From positions 1 through 64,000 of IMG/VR virus record IMGVR_UViG_2795385844_000002: 64,000 nt of DNA; one strand, given 5' to 3'. The position numbers and the translations under genes were made by a program. A model generated the notes under the pieces. That model was not told the origin of the DNA and ran no database searches. It saw only the letters and a program-made list of their open reading frames with translations. Shown here in pieces: positions 52,473 through 62,701 of this stretch. Position 1 is the first letter of the stretch. Each line of letters opens with the position of its first letter. The stretch is from a virus (lineage: Duplodnaviria; Heunggongvirae; Uroviricota; Caudoviricetes).

Positions 52473-53383
52473 ACAGCCCCCACTGGACGGCTCCAGGGGC
52501 GCGAGTACCACTTGGGCACCTCAAGCTGGAGGCGATAGCCACCAACGGCGTCCTTTACCTGAACCGGAAGGCGGCTATAAGTTCCTCCAGCAATCGGGTA
52601 CAGAAGATCCTTACCCTTCCAAAGTCCCTGAAGGTGAATGCGGTTGGCTGCCATAAGGGTTTGCACTCGCGGGTCTGAGTTAGCAACACAGCCAGCACCC
52701 TTTGGCAGGTACGGGAGTTCGACTGTTCTACCCGAGTCCTGGATGCCTCGCCCATACTCTTCGTTGCCAAAGGAGAAGTCGGGTAGACGCCAGCGCGCCT
52801 GATCGGTGAGAGTCCACTTAGGCCAGACGGGAACGTCACAGTCGACGTCAAGCTTGAAAGTGGTTCGACCACTGGCAGTGTCGCCGTCCCACTCGTAGAA
52901 GTCCGAGGGCCCCACAAAGAACGGCAACTCAGCGGCAACCGTCATCACGACAGTGCTGCAGGCATACAGCGCGGGGTCCTTACCCTCCCAGGGACCGTCT
53001 TCGTATGCCCGAGGCTCTTCGAGTAGACGAACCCTCAAATCCCGGTAGCCATCCGAGGTGGTGAATCGGATGATCGCTTCCTTCACGTAGTCAAATGCGA
53101 AGCGCCACTTGGAATCGACTGTGCGCCAAACCTCAGGGTCTCCCCCGTCATCAAAGATGTTGACGGTGAATACGACGTCCCTTCGCTCCCATCGGAAGTC
53201 AACGAACGTCTGTCCATACGCACCCGGAAGCCACATCGACTTGACCGGGGCATCGATCATCCCCTTGAGCTTGGGCATGAGTTCCACACCCTGCTCGCCC
53301 TTACCGGGCCCGGAGATACAGAAGTACTCTCCGTGCACGCCGAAGATCTCAATCTTCGCGGTGTAATCGATTGTGTCCATCAC
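52469..53383 (-). CDS. minor tail protein (distal tail protein candidate)
   Basis: First gene after the tape measure protein; 304 aa. Confidence 0.6.
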   Translation of the reverse strand: MMDTIDYTAKIEIFGVHGEYFCISGPGKGEQGVELMPKLKGMIDAPVKSMWLPGAYGQTFVDFRWERRDVVFTVNIFDDGGDPEVWRTVDSKWRFAFDYVKEAIIRFTTSDGYRDLRVRLLEEPRAYEDGPWEGKDPALYACSTVVMTVAAELPFFVGPSDFYEWDGDTASGRTTFKLDVDCDVPVWPKWTLTDQARWRLPDFSFGNEEYGRGIQDSGRTVELPYLPKGAGCVANSDPRVQTLMAANRIHLQGLWKGKDLLYPIAGGTYSRLPVQVKDAVGGYRLQLEVPKWYSRPWSRPVGAV

Positions 53384-53428
53384 AAGTTTCCGTAGAGTGG
53401 AAATGAAACGCGGAGCGGCAGCGTGTGT

Positions 53429-56400
53429 TTAGCCGTACTTGGAGATGTATGGCATCGCTGCCTGCGCATCCGAGGTCGCCTGAACCCTCTTGAATTCATC
53501 AAGGTTCGTGACGTGGTACTGACGGTTGTCGTTGACCAACTTCGGAACGCCGGTCTGCTGCGGCTGACGCGAAGGCAGCATTGGGATACCCGAGGCAGAC
53601 TGGGTGGATCCACCAGTGGCGGTACCAACCAATAGCGACGAGAGGATGTTCACGGCACCGGAGATGGCCTGGCCACCCATCTGGAAACCGGCCTGAATAC
53701 CCTGCCCTGCAGCTCCACCAGCGCCAGGTGCGGCGGTGTTGATACCCATAGAGGCAGCCATCGCGGCTAGGCCACCAATGGCTCCTGCAGCGCCCTTGAT
53801 CGCTCCCGAGACACTGGGGTTGTTGTGCTCCTGTGAGGTGGGTGCAGCACCCAGAGTCGCGCGCATGTCTGGCTGATCGGTAGGAGATGCGCCAGGCTGT
53901 GCACCTGGATCACCTGCCTGTGGACCGGCACCCATAGCGGCACCGGCACCACCAATCTCAGTCAATGCGTCATTGACCTGGGGAAGAGCGCCAGGGTCAG
54001 GAGCGGGAGCAGTCGCCCCGGGCCCCGGCGCGCCTCCGGTCGAAGGGACCGCACCCGCTGCGCCAATAGATGGCACCTGAACAGCGGGAGCAGGCTGCTG
54101 CTCGGGCTGATCTAGGTCTAGCGGTCCAGGAGTCTGGCCACCAGCTCCAGGTGCAGGAGGAGGCGGAATGAAGAGCGGGAATCCACCGTCAGCGAATCCC
54201 TTGGCGACGTTGCGGGGGATCTTCTTGCTGTTGAGCGCATCGAACAGCGCGGGCCCATAGAACTGGGTCGCATCCCCACTAGTGCGGTATTCACCTGTCG
54301 ACAGCCATGCCAAGTCGTTGGCCCAGCCACCATCGGCAAAACCGACACCACGTCCGATCTGGTTTGGCGATCCGTCCTTGTTAACGCCCCATCGCTTGAT
54401 GGTGTAGTTGATGGCAGCGGCGATCTGGGATACCGGGTCGTTGATACTTCCCGACCCGATGTTTTCGACCTTGTAGGAGTCGAAAGTGGTTGGCAGGAAG
54501 TTAAATAGACCCTGGACGGTTTGCCTTCCACCCTTGCCATCCGTGTCGTTAGGGTTGATCGAGAACGGATCACCCTTCGACTCGGTCCAGATCTGCTCCT
54601 CAAGGGGCTTCTGCCACAAGGAGGGGTCCACACCCATGGCCGCACAGATTTGTGCGATGAGCGCTCCATAGCGCGCGTGGATCTGCTCCTTCGTGGTCGA
54701 CTGCCCGAGACCACTCGTAGGAGCCCCACCCTTGCCCGAGCTGTATGCACTCGGATCGAATGACATCCCGTTGGCCGCTAGTTTCTGCTGCAGCTGAGGG
54801 CTCAAGCCTGCGACACCGCTTGAGTAGTCAGACATCGCCTGGTCGGCAATATCAGCGCCCGAGTTGGATCCGTTGAGTGCGCTCATGAACTTGTCGAGCG
54901 GGTTTGAGTTCTTCCTAGGCTCGTCGCTCAGGTAGTAGTTGCCGATCTGCTGAGCTGCCTGGACATACGACAAGTCAAGGCCGAAGATTCCGGCCAACGC
55001 CTGAAGACCGACCTGGCCGACCTGCTTTGCGATCGACACTGGCTGAATGTTGTCAGGCAGAGTCTTCAAGGCTGCCAAAAGGTTTGGCGTACCCGATCCA
55101 CCGCCCTGCTGGTAGATATTCGGCAGCATCGATCGCCCACCAGGCAAAGGAATAGACCAGCTCTGACGGGTATGAACGTGGTCGGTGTGCCCACTCCAGT
55201 CGTCGCGGTAGTAGTCCTCAATCGACTGGTTAGCGCCACGGTCGCCTGGATCAACGCCGATCTTGGTTCCGTCACGAGGATCCATGAAGATGACCTGCTC
55301 CATGCCAGGAACAGACTTCACGTACTCCGCGAAAGCACGAAGGTTCTCGGGCGGACCAGTCCAGTCAATGCCCTTGTTCAGTCCACTCTTTTCCTGGTGC
55401 CCCGGATATGTGGATGCCTTCAGTCCGAAGGCTGAGCCGAGCTGGTTGACCCAGTCGGGGAACTTGACTCCCTGTCCGCCGAATCCTTCACTATTAGATC
55501 CGACCGCAATGCCATATGGCTCGCGGATATCAGGTACCCCGCCACCAAGTGCAATGTCCGCACCCGGGACGCTGAAATCAGCTCCAGGGCCCGGTGTTAC
55601 AGGTGTATCGCCAAGATGCGGGGCTGGCTTACCGATCGAAGGCGCTGCGCCACCAGGGTTTAGCGTCTGCTTCGGGCCAATCGGCGGAAGGTCAGGCGCA
55701 GGCGCAGGTCGCGGTGGAGGTGCAGGAAGGGGTGCTGGCGCGGGTGCAGGTGCTGGAGCGGGTGCCACTGGCTCGGGCATGAATCCAGGCGCGACAGCTG
55801 GCATCGGCGCGATACCACCACCGCCGATAGGGCCGATAGGGCTTGGCACCGGCATAGGAGGCTGCTGTGGGATATCGAACGGGAATCCACCGCCGAAGTG
55901 GCGAGGAATCCTCTTATTGTTCAGGTCATCAAACAGCTTGACGCCGTAGTAACTAACGGCATCCGCATTGGTGATGTGCTCGTATGGCGAGACGCGAACC
56001 AGGTTCATGTCGTCGCGCGGGCCACCGATTCCCCGAACGAGACCGCCGTCCTTGAACTTCTGGACATCTAGAAGCTGAGCAGTGGCATCAGCAGTCAGGT
56101 GAGTCTCGTACTGGCCGTCGCGAACCTTGGTGGTCGAACCGATCGTCTCGTCAACGTTCGGATCGCGGTCGGTGGTGATGACACCATTACCGTCCTGACC
56201 GATCGCAATGTGCGACGAGTCATTCAGTCCGCCAAAAGGCCCGAAGATCGCAACACCACGGCCACCAGGCTTGAAGCGCCCCTGTCCGTTCGATGCCTCG
56301 TTGACCTGGCGCTTGTCCGCACCATGCTGGCCCAGCGAGCTCGGGATGTCACTAAGACCGATCAGCGGGGCCGCGAGATCGATGGTCCCAGTGGACTTCA

Positions 56401-59167
56401 GTACCGAAGTGAAATCGTGCGGGATAGCTCCAGTGGCCTGTCCAGCAGAGATGCGAGGCGTGTTAACAGCGGCAGGCATCCACGGAAAGATGTTGTGGCT
56501 CTGTAGAATATCGTTATATGCCTTGTCGACCTTCTCCTTGGCCTTCTGGTCACCACGCAGACCGGCCACGAAAGTGTCAAGGTCAATGCCGCGCTCGTTC
56601 CACAGCTCAGCGTCACCACGCCAGACATCGCTCGAACCGATGATCGACTTCAGCTGCTCCTGGCCAGCGCCAAGAAGCTGATTGCGCTGTACGTCGTTGC
56701 CAGGGAGCATCGCCGCAAGAAGCTGGGCATCGCTCTGAACCAACTTTGAGCGGCGAGCGTCCTCAAAGAGGTTCCTATCCCCCAGGCCGGGGATGGCGTA
56801 CTTCTGGGCGCTCTTCGCGGTCTCGGTTACACCCTGCGCGTTGAGGTTGCCAGTGACGTCGTCAATAGCACCCTTCAGTCCATCGAGGGCAACCCTCTGC
56901 CTATCAGCGTCTTCGGCAGCCTTGCGGTGAGACTCTCCGAGCTTGTCGATGGCGATGATCGCGCTGCCCACGGCAGCAGTAAGCGCCAATGGTCCGAACA
57001 GGGCCCCGGCTAGCGCGCCAACACGGGTGAGCATCGAAGCCCTACCGGCCCCACCGATCTTCTCCCCAGCACGTGTGGCCGCGTCACCAATATCGTTGAT
57101 GCCCTTGCGAGCATTGCCTGCCGCAGTAGTAGTCGCGGTGAGCTTGGGCTCAACCTCTTTAACCTTGCGACCGAAAGCGTCGTACCGGTTACCTGCGCGG
57201 TCTACAGCTTCACCGAAACGCAGGGCCTCCTCACGCGCCTGACGGCTCGAGAGACCAGGAAGCTCCTCGCCCTTGGCAACACGAAGGTTGCGCGCCGTAG
57301 CCTGAACGCCAGGGATGTTGCGAGTCCCCTCGAAACGTGCAGCGGCCTCAACAACCTTGTTGTAGTTCTTCCATGCCCCAGTGAGCCCCTCAAGAATGGG
57401 CTTGACCGTGCGGTACGTCAGATAGACCTTCAGCAGGGTGGAGAGCGCATGCGTGTGCTGCTCAATCCACCTCGCGGAGCTGATGAATACACCGAGGGTT
57501 CCTAGCATCGCTGCCGACCATTCGCGTGCAGCCTCTACCGCATCACCGATACCACCCTTGACACGCTTCAACGCATCCCAGAGGCGATCAATGAAGTCGC
57601 GAGCCTCACCGAAGTACTTCGCCAGCATGTTCTGGCCACGCGTGGACTTCAGGAAGTCGTCAAGCTTCTTCGTTCCATCGGCCAACGAGGAGATGAATCC
57701 GCCCTTGTGACCGGAAGCCTTGTCGAAGGCAGCGGCCACCGAGGAGACGATCCCGCCGATATTCAACAGCGAGTTGCCGAGGTCACCGATAGCCTTCAGA
57801 CCTGAGTCAATCCAGCGGTCTAGCGAACCGTCAGTGGAAACTCGCTTGGTGAACCGATCGAAGCGATCGAAGACCGAAGAGAACGCATTACCAATGCGTG
57901 GCAGGAAGTCCGAGGACTCCTTGGTCAACCGGGTGAAGCCACTGATCAGTGGGTCCATTCCCCGGGCCATGTTGCGCCAGAAGATGTCAGTGTTGCCGAA
58001 GATCGCGGACATCAATCCCTGGTTGGCGTTGCCGCCGACAGAGGACAGCGCGCTCCTCAGGGCAGCGTTGATTCCGCTTGCGGTGCGACGGATTCCGATG
58101 GACAGTCCCGGCAGGGCCTTCTGACCTAGCTCCGTAATCGCTACGTCAAGGCCCTCGCTAAGCGCGTCCTGAGAGCTCTGCTGAAGTTCATGCCATGCAC
58201 CGGATAGCCCATGGACCGCCTCGACGGTCTTGCGCATGTTTGGCGACAGCTGGCCGAGCGCCTTGTCTACCTCTGAGATCTTCGAGGCGCTGAGAGCCTC
58301 TGTGTTCTTTGCAATCTGGTCGAGGGCATCAAGTACCCGATCCGCACCTTCTACGCCCTGAGCGTTCGCGTCAGCGGCATCCTGCGCAGTCCTCTGCGCC
58401 CTGGTCTGGACCTCCTGTAGGTGATCCAGTGCCTGAAGGTACGAAAGCTGGTCACGCTTCAACTCGGTAAGCGAACGCTGACCACCCTCACGAATGCGGT
58501 CAGCAGCCTCCTGTACGGACAGAACAGCATCCGCCACGTTCAGGGACGAACGACGGTTCTCCGCATTCAGGTCCTGAATCTCGCGGATAGTGTCGCGAAC
58601 AGCCATGCGATACGAGCGATACGAGCTCTCCACATTGCGGTTCGCAGTGGCGATCTCACGCGCACGTGTCGTTGCGTCCTTGGAGTCTGCCGAGTATGCC
58701 TTGAATGCAGCGCCAACACCATTGAGACCAACGGCAAGTGCGCCAACCGATGCCAGTGCGCCGCCAAGTAGGCCAGGAAGCGCGAAGGCGCTCTTAGCCA
58801 ACGCGTCTAGGCCCGACGTTGCGCTACCAGCCGCATACGCGAGAGCCGGTAGGGCGTCGAGCCCAATTACCTTGATGTTTAGGCGAAGTGCCTTAGAAAG
58901 AGAGTTCCGCTTGAAGATGTGCTCAACCTGCGAAAGGTCGCGACGGAACGTCTGGAGATCTGCCCGAACGGGGATCGAAACCGCATTCAGTTCCTGGCGC
59001 TGACGCCAAGCCTGTACTTCTGCTTCGGCCTTGCCGAGCTGCGGGTCAAATTCGATCTTGATGTGATCGAACTTCATCGCGTTGAGGCGGCGATCCGCCT
59101 CAGTCTTGAACCCACGCAGAGTAGGGACAATGCGGATTGCGGCCTCACCCACTAGGGTGGCAGCCAT
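53429..59167 (-). CDS. tape measure protein (1912 aa)
   Basis: Very long alpha-helical/Ala-rich protein with an internal Pro-rich segment and hydrolase-like motifs, downstream of the tail chaperones. Confidence 0.9.
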   Translation of the reverse strand: MAATLVGEAAIRIVPTLRGFKTEADRRLNAMKFDHIKIEFDPQLGKAEAEVQAWRQRQELNAVSIPVRADLQTFRRDLSQVEHIFKRNSLSKALRLNIKVIGLDALPALAYAAGSATSGLDALAKSAFALPGLLGGALASVGALAVGLNGVGAAFKAYSADSKDATTRAREIATANRNVESSYRSYRMAVRDTIREIQDLNAENRRSSLNVADAVLSVQEAADRIREGGQRSLTELKRDQLSYLQALDHLQEVQTRAQRTAQDAADANAQGVEGADRVLDALDQIAKNTEALSASKISEVDKALGQLSPNMRKTVEAVHGLSGAWHELQQSSQDALSEGLDVAITELGQKALPGLSIGIRRTASGINAALRSALSSVGGNANQGLMSAIFGNTDIFWRNMARGMDPLISGFTRLTKESSDFLPRIGNAFSSVFDRFDRFTKRVSTDGSLDRWIDSGLKAIGDLGNSLLNIGGIVSSVAAAFDKASGHKGGFISSLADGTKKLDDFLKSTRGQNMLAKYFGEARDFIDRLWDALKRVKGGIGDAVEAAREWSAAMLGTLGVFISSARWIEQHTHALSTLLKVYLTYRTVKPILEGLTGAWKNYNKVVEAAARFEGTRNIPGVQATARNLRVAKGEELPGLSSRQAREEALRFGEAVDRAGNRYDAFGRKVKEVEPKLTATTTAAGNARKGINDIGDAATRAGEKIGGAGRASMLTRVGALAGALFGPLALTAAVGSAIIAIDKLGESHRKAAEDADRQRVALDGLKGAIDDVTGNLNAQGVTETAKSAQKYAIPGLGDRNLFEDARRSKLVQSDAQLLAAMLPGNDVQRNQLLGAGQEQLKSIIGSSDVWRGDAELWNERGIDLDTFVAGLRGDQKAKEKVDKAYNDILQSHNIFPWMPAAVNTPRISAGQATGAIPHDFTSVLKSTGTIDLAAPLIGLSDIPSSLGQHGADKRQVNEASNGQGRFKPGGRGVAIFGPFGGLNDSSHIAIGQDGNGVITTDRDPNVDETIGSTTKVRDGQYETHLTADATAQLLDVQKFKDGGLVRGIGGPRDDMNLVRVSPYEHITNADAVSYYGVKLFDDLNNKRIPRHFGGGFPFDIPQQPPMPVPSPIGPIGGGGIAPMPAVAPGFMPEPVAPAPAPAPAPAPLPAPPPRPAPAPDLPPIGPKQTLNPGGAAPSIGKPAPHLGDTPVTPGPGADFSVPGADIALGGGVPDIREPYGIAVGSNSEGFGGQGVKFPDWVNQLGSAFGLKASTYPGHQEKSGLNKGIDWTGPPENLRAFAEYVKSVPGMEQVIFMDPRDGTKIGVDPGDRGANQSIEDYYRDDWSGHTDHVHTRQSWSIPLPGGRSMLPNIYQQGGGSGTPNLLAALKTLPDNIQPVSIAKQVGQVGLQALAGIFGLDLSYVQAAQQIGNYYLSDEPRKNSNPLDKFMSALNGSNSGADIADQAMSDYSSGVAGLSPQLQQKLAANGMSFDPSAYSSGKGGAPTSGLGQSTTKEQIHARYGALIAQICAAMGVDPSLWQKPLEEQIWTESKGDPFSINPNDTDGKGGRQTVQGLFNFLPTTFDSYKVENIGSGSINDPVSQIAAAINYTIKRWGVNKDGSPNQIGRGVGFADGGWANDLAWLSTGEYRTSGDATQFYGPALFDALNSKKIPRNVAKGFADGGFPLFIPPPPAPGAGGQTPGPLDLDQPEQQPAPAVQVPSIGAAGAVPSTGGAPGPGATAPAPDPGALPQVNDALTEIGGAGAAMGAGPQAGDPGAQPGASPTDQPDMRATLGAAPTSQEHNNPSVSGAIKGAAGAIGGLAAMAASMGINTAAPGAGGAAGQGIQAGFQMGGQAISGAVNILSSLLVGTATGGSTQSASGIPMLPSRQPQQTGVPKLVNDNRQYHVTNLDEFKRVQATSDAQAAMPYISKYG
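55690..55775. repeat. GC-rich short tandem repeat (GGTGCAGG/GGTGCTGG units) encoding a poly(Pro-Ala) segment of the TMP
   Basis: Visible hexamer-like periodicity gcaggtgc / ggtgctgg. Confidence 0.4.
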
Positions 59168-59180
59168 TTAGTCTCCTGGA

Positions 59181-59647
59181 CTATTGACGCTGTGTCCGTT
59201 CGCGATTGCGCTGCTGCGCGCGCTCGACAGCGTTCTTGGTTTTGATCAACTTCCGCTGGAGACGCAATTCGAGGCCCGGAATGACAGGACCCGGCAAGGA
59301 CTTACCGATCTGCACCTCAACGAGGCGCTTCAACCACGCGATATCTTCGGTATGCCCGAAGATGCGTACCTTGTGGGGACCGTCATCACTGTCCTTACGA
59401 GACCCCATCCATTCGATAGTTTCCGGGTCGTTGAGAACAGCCTCATTGGTCAGAGTGCCCTGGATATTCATCAGGGTGTCAAAGAATCCGAGTAGCTCAT
59501 CAATGGGCCGCTTGCGTCGCCATCGGCCATCGCCAACCGGCTCCCACTGGAAGTACTCGTATGCAGAGAAATGAAGAAGGTGCTGGCAATCCCAGCAGAT
59601 CGCTGACCAGTAACGGTCAACGATCGTGATTAGTCTTTTAGGCCCTC
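59181..59647 (-). CDS. tail assembly chaperone, -1 frame T-extension (expressed as G-T fusion by programmed frameshift)
   Basis: The -1 frame relative to G is open from 59645 through 59181 and overlaps the last 5 codons of G; slip site CCUAAAAG. Confidence 0.55.
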
Positions 59648-59920
59648 ATCACCCGGCGCTCCGAAGAAGTGGCGCAGGTAGAGGGTGTTGAAGTTCTCCC
59701 ACACGTGCTTTGGCAGCGGGTCGAACAGCTCATGGACGGCGTCGTACAGATCACCGAACAAGGCGCGCTCACCGGCCTCAATCGTCGGGGCGGAACGCCA
59801 CGCGTTCACCTGCGCCTGAGTTGGCTCAAGGAACTTTAGTCCCTGGAACTCCAGCGGAGGGATAGCATTTTCAGTCTGGAGCTTCTCCCAGACTGAATCG
59901 GTGTTCTTTGCAGTAGCCAC
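59630..59920 (-). CDS. tail assembly chaperone (G)
   Basis: 96-aa ORF immediately upstream of the TMP; GTG start. Confidence 0.65.
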   Translation of the reverse strand: MATAKNTDSVWEKLQTENAIPPLEFQGLKFLEPTQAQVNAWRSAPTIEAGERALFGDLYDAVHELFDPLPKHVWENFNTLYLRHFFGAPGDEGLKD

Positions 59921-60014
59921 TTGATCTGCTCCTATCGAAAGTGGTTGTTACAGAGGTAATCCCCAGCCCCGCAGCGCTGCCGCAGGGCCGGGGAAAGTCA
60001 TTGAATTGCCAGGA

Positions 60015-60908
60015 TCAGCTGACGGTGATAGTTACCGTCGAGGCCTTGCCCTGGTAGGTCGCGGTAATAGTCGCGCTACCGGTTGCGACACCAGTGACCT
60101 TGCCGTGCTTATCAACCGACGCCTTGGTAGGTGCCGAGCTGGTGTACTTGGCGATCGGGGTGTAGTTGATCCCATTGTCACCGGTCACGGTGATCTGCGA
60201 GGAAGCCGCCACGGCCACGGTCGCAGTCGTAGGAGTCGCGGTGATCGAAGCGATCGGAGCCACGAAGCCGGTCTTGTCGACCAGGCGTAGCCAGCCAGGT
60301 CCGCACCAACCCTGTAGGACCGAGAAGCCCATTTCCTTGTCGCGGAAGGCCTGGAACGTCATCTTGTAGGTGACCGCTCCGTCGTCCTTGCTGTCCTGGT
60401 TATCGACCTTCACCAGCTTGGTACGCGGCATGATGTAGTAGGCGAAGAGATCCTCACCGTTCACGTCATCGCTGGCCACCAGGTAGGCGCGGTAGAAGAT
60501 GTTGCGCGGCAGAGTGGGAGCCTTCAGGGTCACACCACCACCGGGCGAAACCTCGAGGTTGGTGCTATCGAAGACAGTTCCCCAGAACTTCTCCAGCACA
60601 ACCTTCTTGGTCTCAAGGAACTCAGCCTCGAACTGAACGGTGCGCTTGGAGATGATGGTGCGCGCAGGCTCCGCGTCACCGTAGGACTCGATGTCAGTCG
60701 AATCGATGTTGTGGGTGATCGAGACACCGGCCTTCTTCTCGATCATGCCTGCAGACTCGGCGGTCGCGGGCACGTCAAGGTCGCCGGTAACTAGATCCTC
60801 GAGAGTCGCGACAGCGGGGTTATCCATGTCATCGAACAGGATCGCGAAGTGCATGTTCGCACGGATGAGATCGTTGTTCGCGTCGCGAATGGTCTCAAAA
60901 TCAGCCAT
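60015..60908 (-). CDS. major tail protein with C-terminal Ig-like (Big_2) domain
   Basis: C-terminal ...VTGVATGSATITATYQGKASTVTITVS Big_2 pattern; position upstream of the chaperones. Confidence 0.75.
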   Translation of the reverse strand: MADFETIRDANNDLIRANMHFAILFDDMDNPAVATLEDLVTGDLDVPATAESAGMIEKKAGVSITHNIDSTDIESYGDAEPARTIISKRTVQFEAEFLETKKVVLEKFWGTVFDSTNLEVSPGGGVTLKAPTLPRNIFYRAYLVASDDVNGEDLFAYYIMPRTKLVKVDNQDSKDDGAVTYKMTFQAFRDKEMGFSVLQGWCGPGWLRLVDKTGFVAPIASITATPTTATVAVAASSQITVTGDNGINYTPIAKYTSSAPTKASVDKHGKVTGVATGSATITATYQGKASTVTITVS

Positions 60909-60926
60909 GAGCTAGAGATGTCCTTG

Positions 60927-61436
60927 TTAGGGAAGCGATTTGATGATCTGCCGGTACTTCGGCAGCCCTTCGGGCTCGCGGAGCGAGATCTTGAAGGAGA
61001 TGGGGATGAATTTCTCGTCCACGTAGTTCTCAGGTACGAGCTGTGGACCGAGCCACTCCTCCGACTTGCGGATCGTGGTTGTATCGCCATCTGGCAGGGT
61101 GATCGGAAGTCCCGTCACCACTTCGTCATCCATCATTCGACGGACGAAACGGATTAGTTTCCAAGACTCTTTGCGAGTCGGCGTAATAGCGGCGATCTGG
61201 ATTACTGCCTGATCCATGCGGAGTGAGGGATCAAACCGTCCAGGCTGTCGCCATACCCGCAGAGTGGGCTGCGTACCACCAACTTCCTCACCTGGAGAAA
61301 GGCTGTACCAACCTGGCGGAAGCCAAGTGCATACCTTGACCTTGTCTCCAAGGAGCCGCGAAAGATAGCTCATAACAAGCTCTTCCGCGTCGGTATCATC
61401 GTCCTCGTACCAGTCGGGAAGTTCCAACATGGTCAT
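60927..61436 (-). CDS. tail terminator / head-tail joining protein
   Basis: Position between connector genes and the major tail protein. Confidence 0.5.
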   Translation of the reverse strand: MTMLELPDWYEDDDTDAEELVMSYLSRLLGDKVKVCTWLPPGWYSLSPGEEVGGTQPTLRVWRQPGRFDPSLRMDQAVIQIAAITPTRKESWKLIRFVRRMMDDEVVTGLPITLPDGDTTTIRKSEEWLGPQLVPENYVDEKFIPISFKISLREPEGLPKYRQIIKSLP

Positions 61437-61855
61437 AGAGGCGGCAATTCTGCGTAGAGGGCTGAGCGAAGCGCTCCCGAACCCTGGTAAATGGATCCGT
61501 GCTGGCCCTCAGATGGGTTCTTGCGTCCCATCTCATCTGCGAGTGCGTAACGCACTCCAACAGTGATTTGGCCAATCCAGCGATCAGTTTTGTATCCACC
61601 GATGAACACTTCGGCAGAAACCGCACCGGCCATAGCGCCCGGGTGACGGTCGCTCTGCTGCTTGGGTCGAGCCTCAAGGCTGGTCACGTAATTGACTGCG
61701 ACCTTGGCGGTGTACTCGCCAGTTAGCGCATGAAGTCGTGTCCCTACAAGGATTTGCGCGAGAGCCGGGTTCGGATCCTTGTAAAAGTAGGCAAGCCCAC
61801 CCTCGGCGTGACGTTCGAGCGGATAGCCCTTGTCAGCGTCAGTTGATGGTGGCAT
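61433..61855 (-). CDS. head-tail connector complex protein
   Basis: ORF track; position. Confidence 0.5.
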   Translation of the reverse strand: MPPSTDADKGYPLERHAEGGLAYFYKDPNPALAQILVGTRLHALTGEYTAKVAVNYVTSLEARPKQQSDRHPGAMAGAVSAEVFIGGYKTDRWIGQITVGVRYALADEMGRKNPSEGQHGSIYQGSGALRSALYAELPPL

Positions 61856-62246
61856 CTACGGTTACCCAGTGATATTCAGGTGGAGTACCGGTCATCAACT
61901 GGGGGTAGTCCCACATGCCAGTCGAAGTGACCTTGTACTTCACTTCATTGATGACTAGACGGTCACCGAACTTCACCTTGATGGCGTTCTTGTTCGGGAT
62001 CCCAATCTGGCCAGTGGTATTCGAGGACTCTTGGCGATCCAGAGAGGAAAACGGAGCCTGTCCACCCATGATCAATCCATAGACGGTTCCGACACACCCA
62101 ACGCCACCTTCGAGGCGAATAACGTTGCCGTGCTCGTCAATCGGGTCTCCGTGCTCATCCCGGCTATGCACTGCCCGGTAGACCTTCGCTGACAGCGAGC
62201 CGCGCCTAATCACAGATGCTCGCTCTCCATCCACCCCGGATCCCAT
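61839..62246 (-). CDS. head-tail connector complex protein
   Basis: ORF track; position. Confidence 0.5.
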   Translation of the reverse strand: MGSGVDGERASVIRRGSLSAKVYRAVHSRDEHGDPIDEHGNVIRLEGGVGCVGTVYGLIMGGQAPFSSLDRQESSNTTGQIGIPNKNAIKVKFGDRLVINEVKYKVTSTGMWDYPQLMTGTPPEYHWVTVDATIN

Positions 62247-62689
62247 GGGTTGAAATACGGAAGTGGCTTGTCGAACCCGAGGATTCGCACGTAGCCGAGA
62301 ACCATGTCCATGTCATCTCGACAAGTCCCCTGCACCCAGAGCTGTCCGCTAGGGCGGTACTTCTGGAGAAAGGCCTTCTCAGCGTCTGTAAAGAACCCGT
62401 TCGGGTATGCAAGACGGTCGTACGAAGCGGACTCGGGGCCCTTGACCTCGTAGGTGACGTGGCGGGGGTTTTCGAACTCCCTGCGCGCAGCTGCGGCGAC
62501 AATGCCGCGAACTGTGACAGAAACCGTGTCACGATCCGGCCAGAGCTTGCCCGAGATCATTCGAGCCCACCCGGAGGCCACGCGGAGAATGAACCTCGCG
62601 CGGGCCTTGTCGTCGTCATCGAAGACGACGCCCATCCAGGTGGCTAGCTCATCTGCAGTGGCAAGCTGGTCGGGAAAATCGTCGGCCAT
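62210..62689 (-). CDS. head-to-tail adaptor protein
   Basis: First gene after the MCP; acidic N-terminus MADDFPDQLATADELATW. Confidence 0.55.
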   Translation of the reverse strand: MADDFPDQLATADELATWMGVVFDDDDKARARFILRVASGWARMISGKLWPDRDTVSVTVRGIVAAAARREFENPRHVTYEVKGPESASYDRLAYPNGFFTDAEKAFLQKYRPSGQLWVQGTCRDDMDMVLGYVRILGFDKPLPYFNPWDPGWMESEHL

Positions 62690-62701
62690 CTTGCCTCCCG
62701 A

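Noticed and set aside
53767-55949. Long antisense or alternative-frame ORFs inside the tape measure gene (for example 54118..54750 -, 55263..55949 +)
   Set aside because: High-GC DNA yields long spurious ORFs; they lie wholly within a well-supported 1912-aa gene and encode low-complexity Arg/Pro/Ser-rich products.
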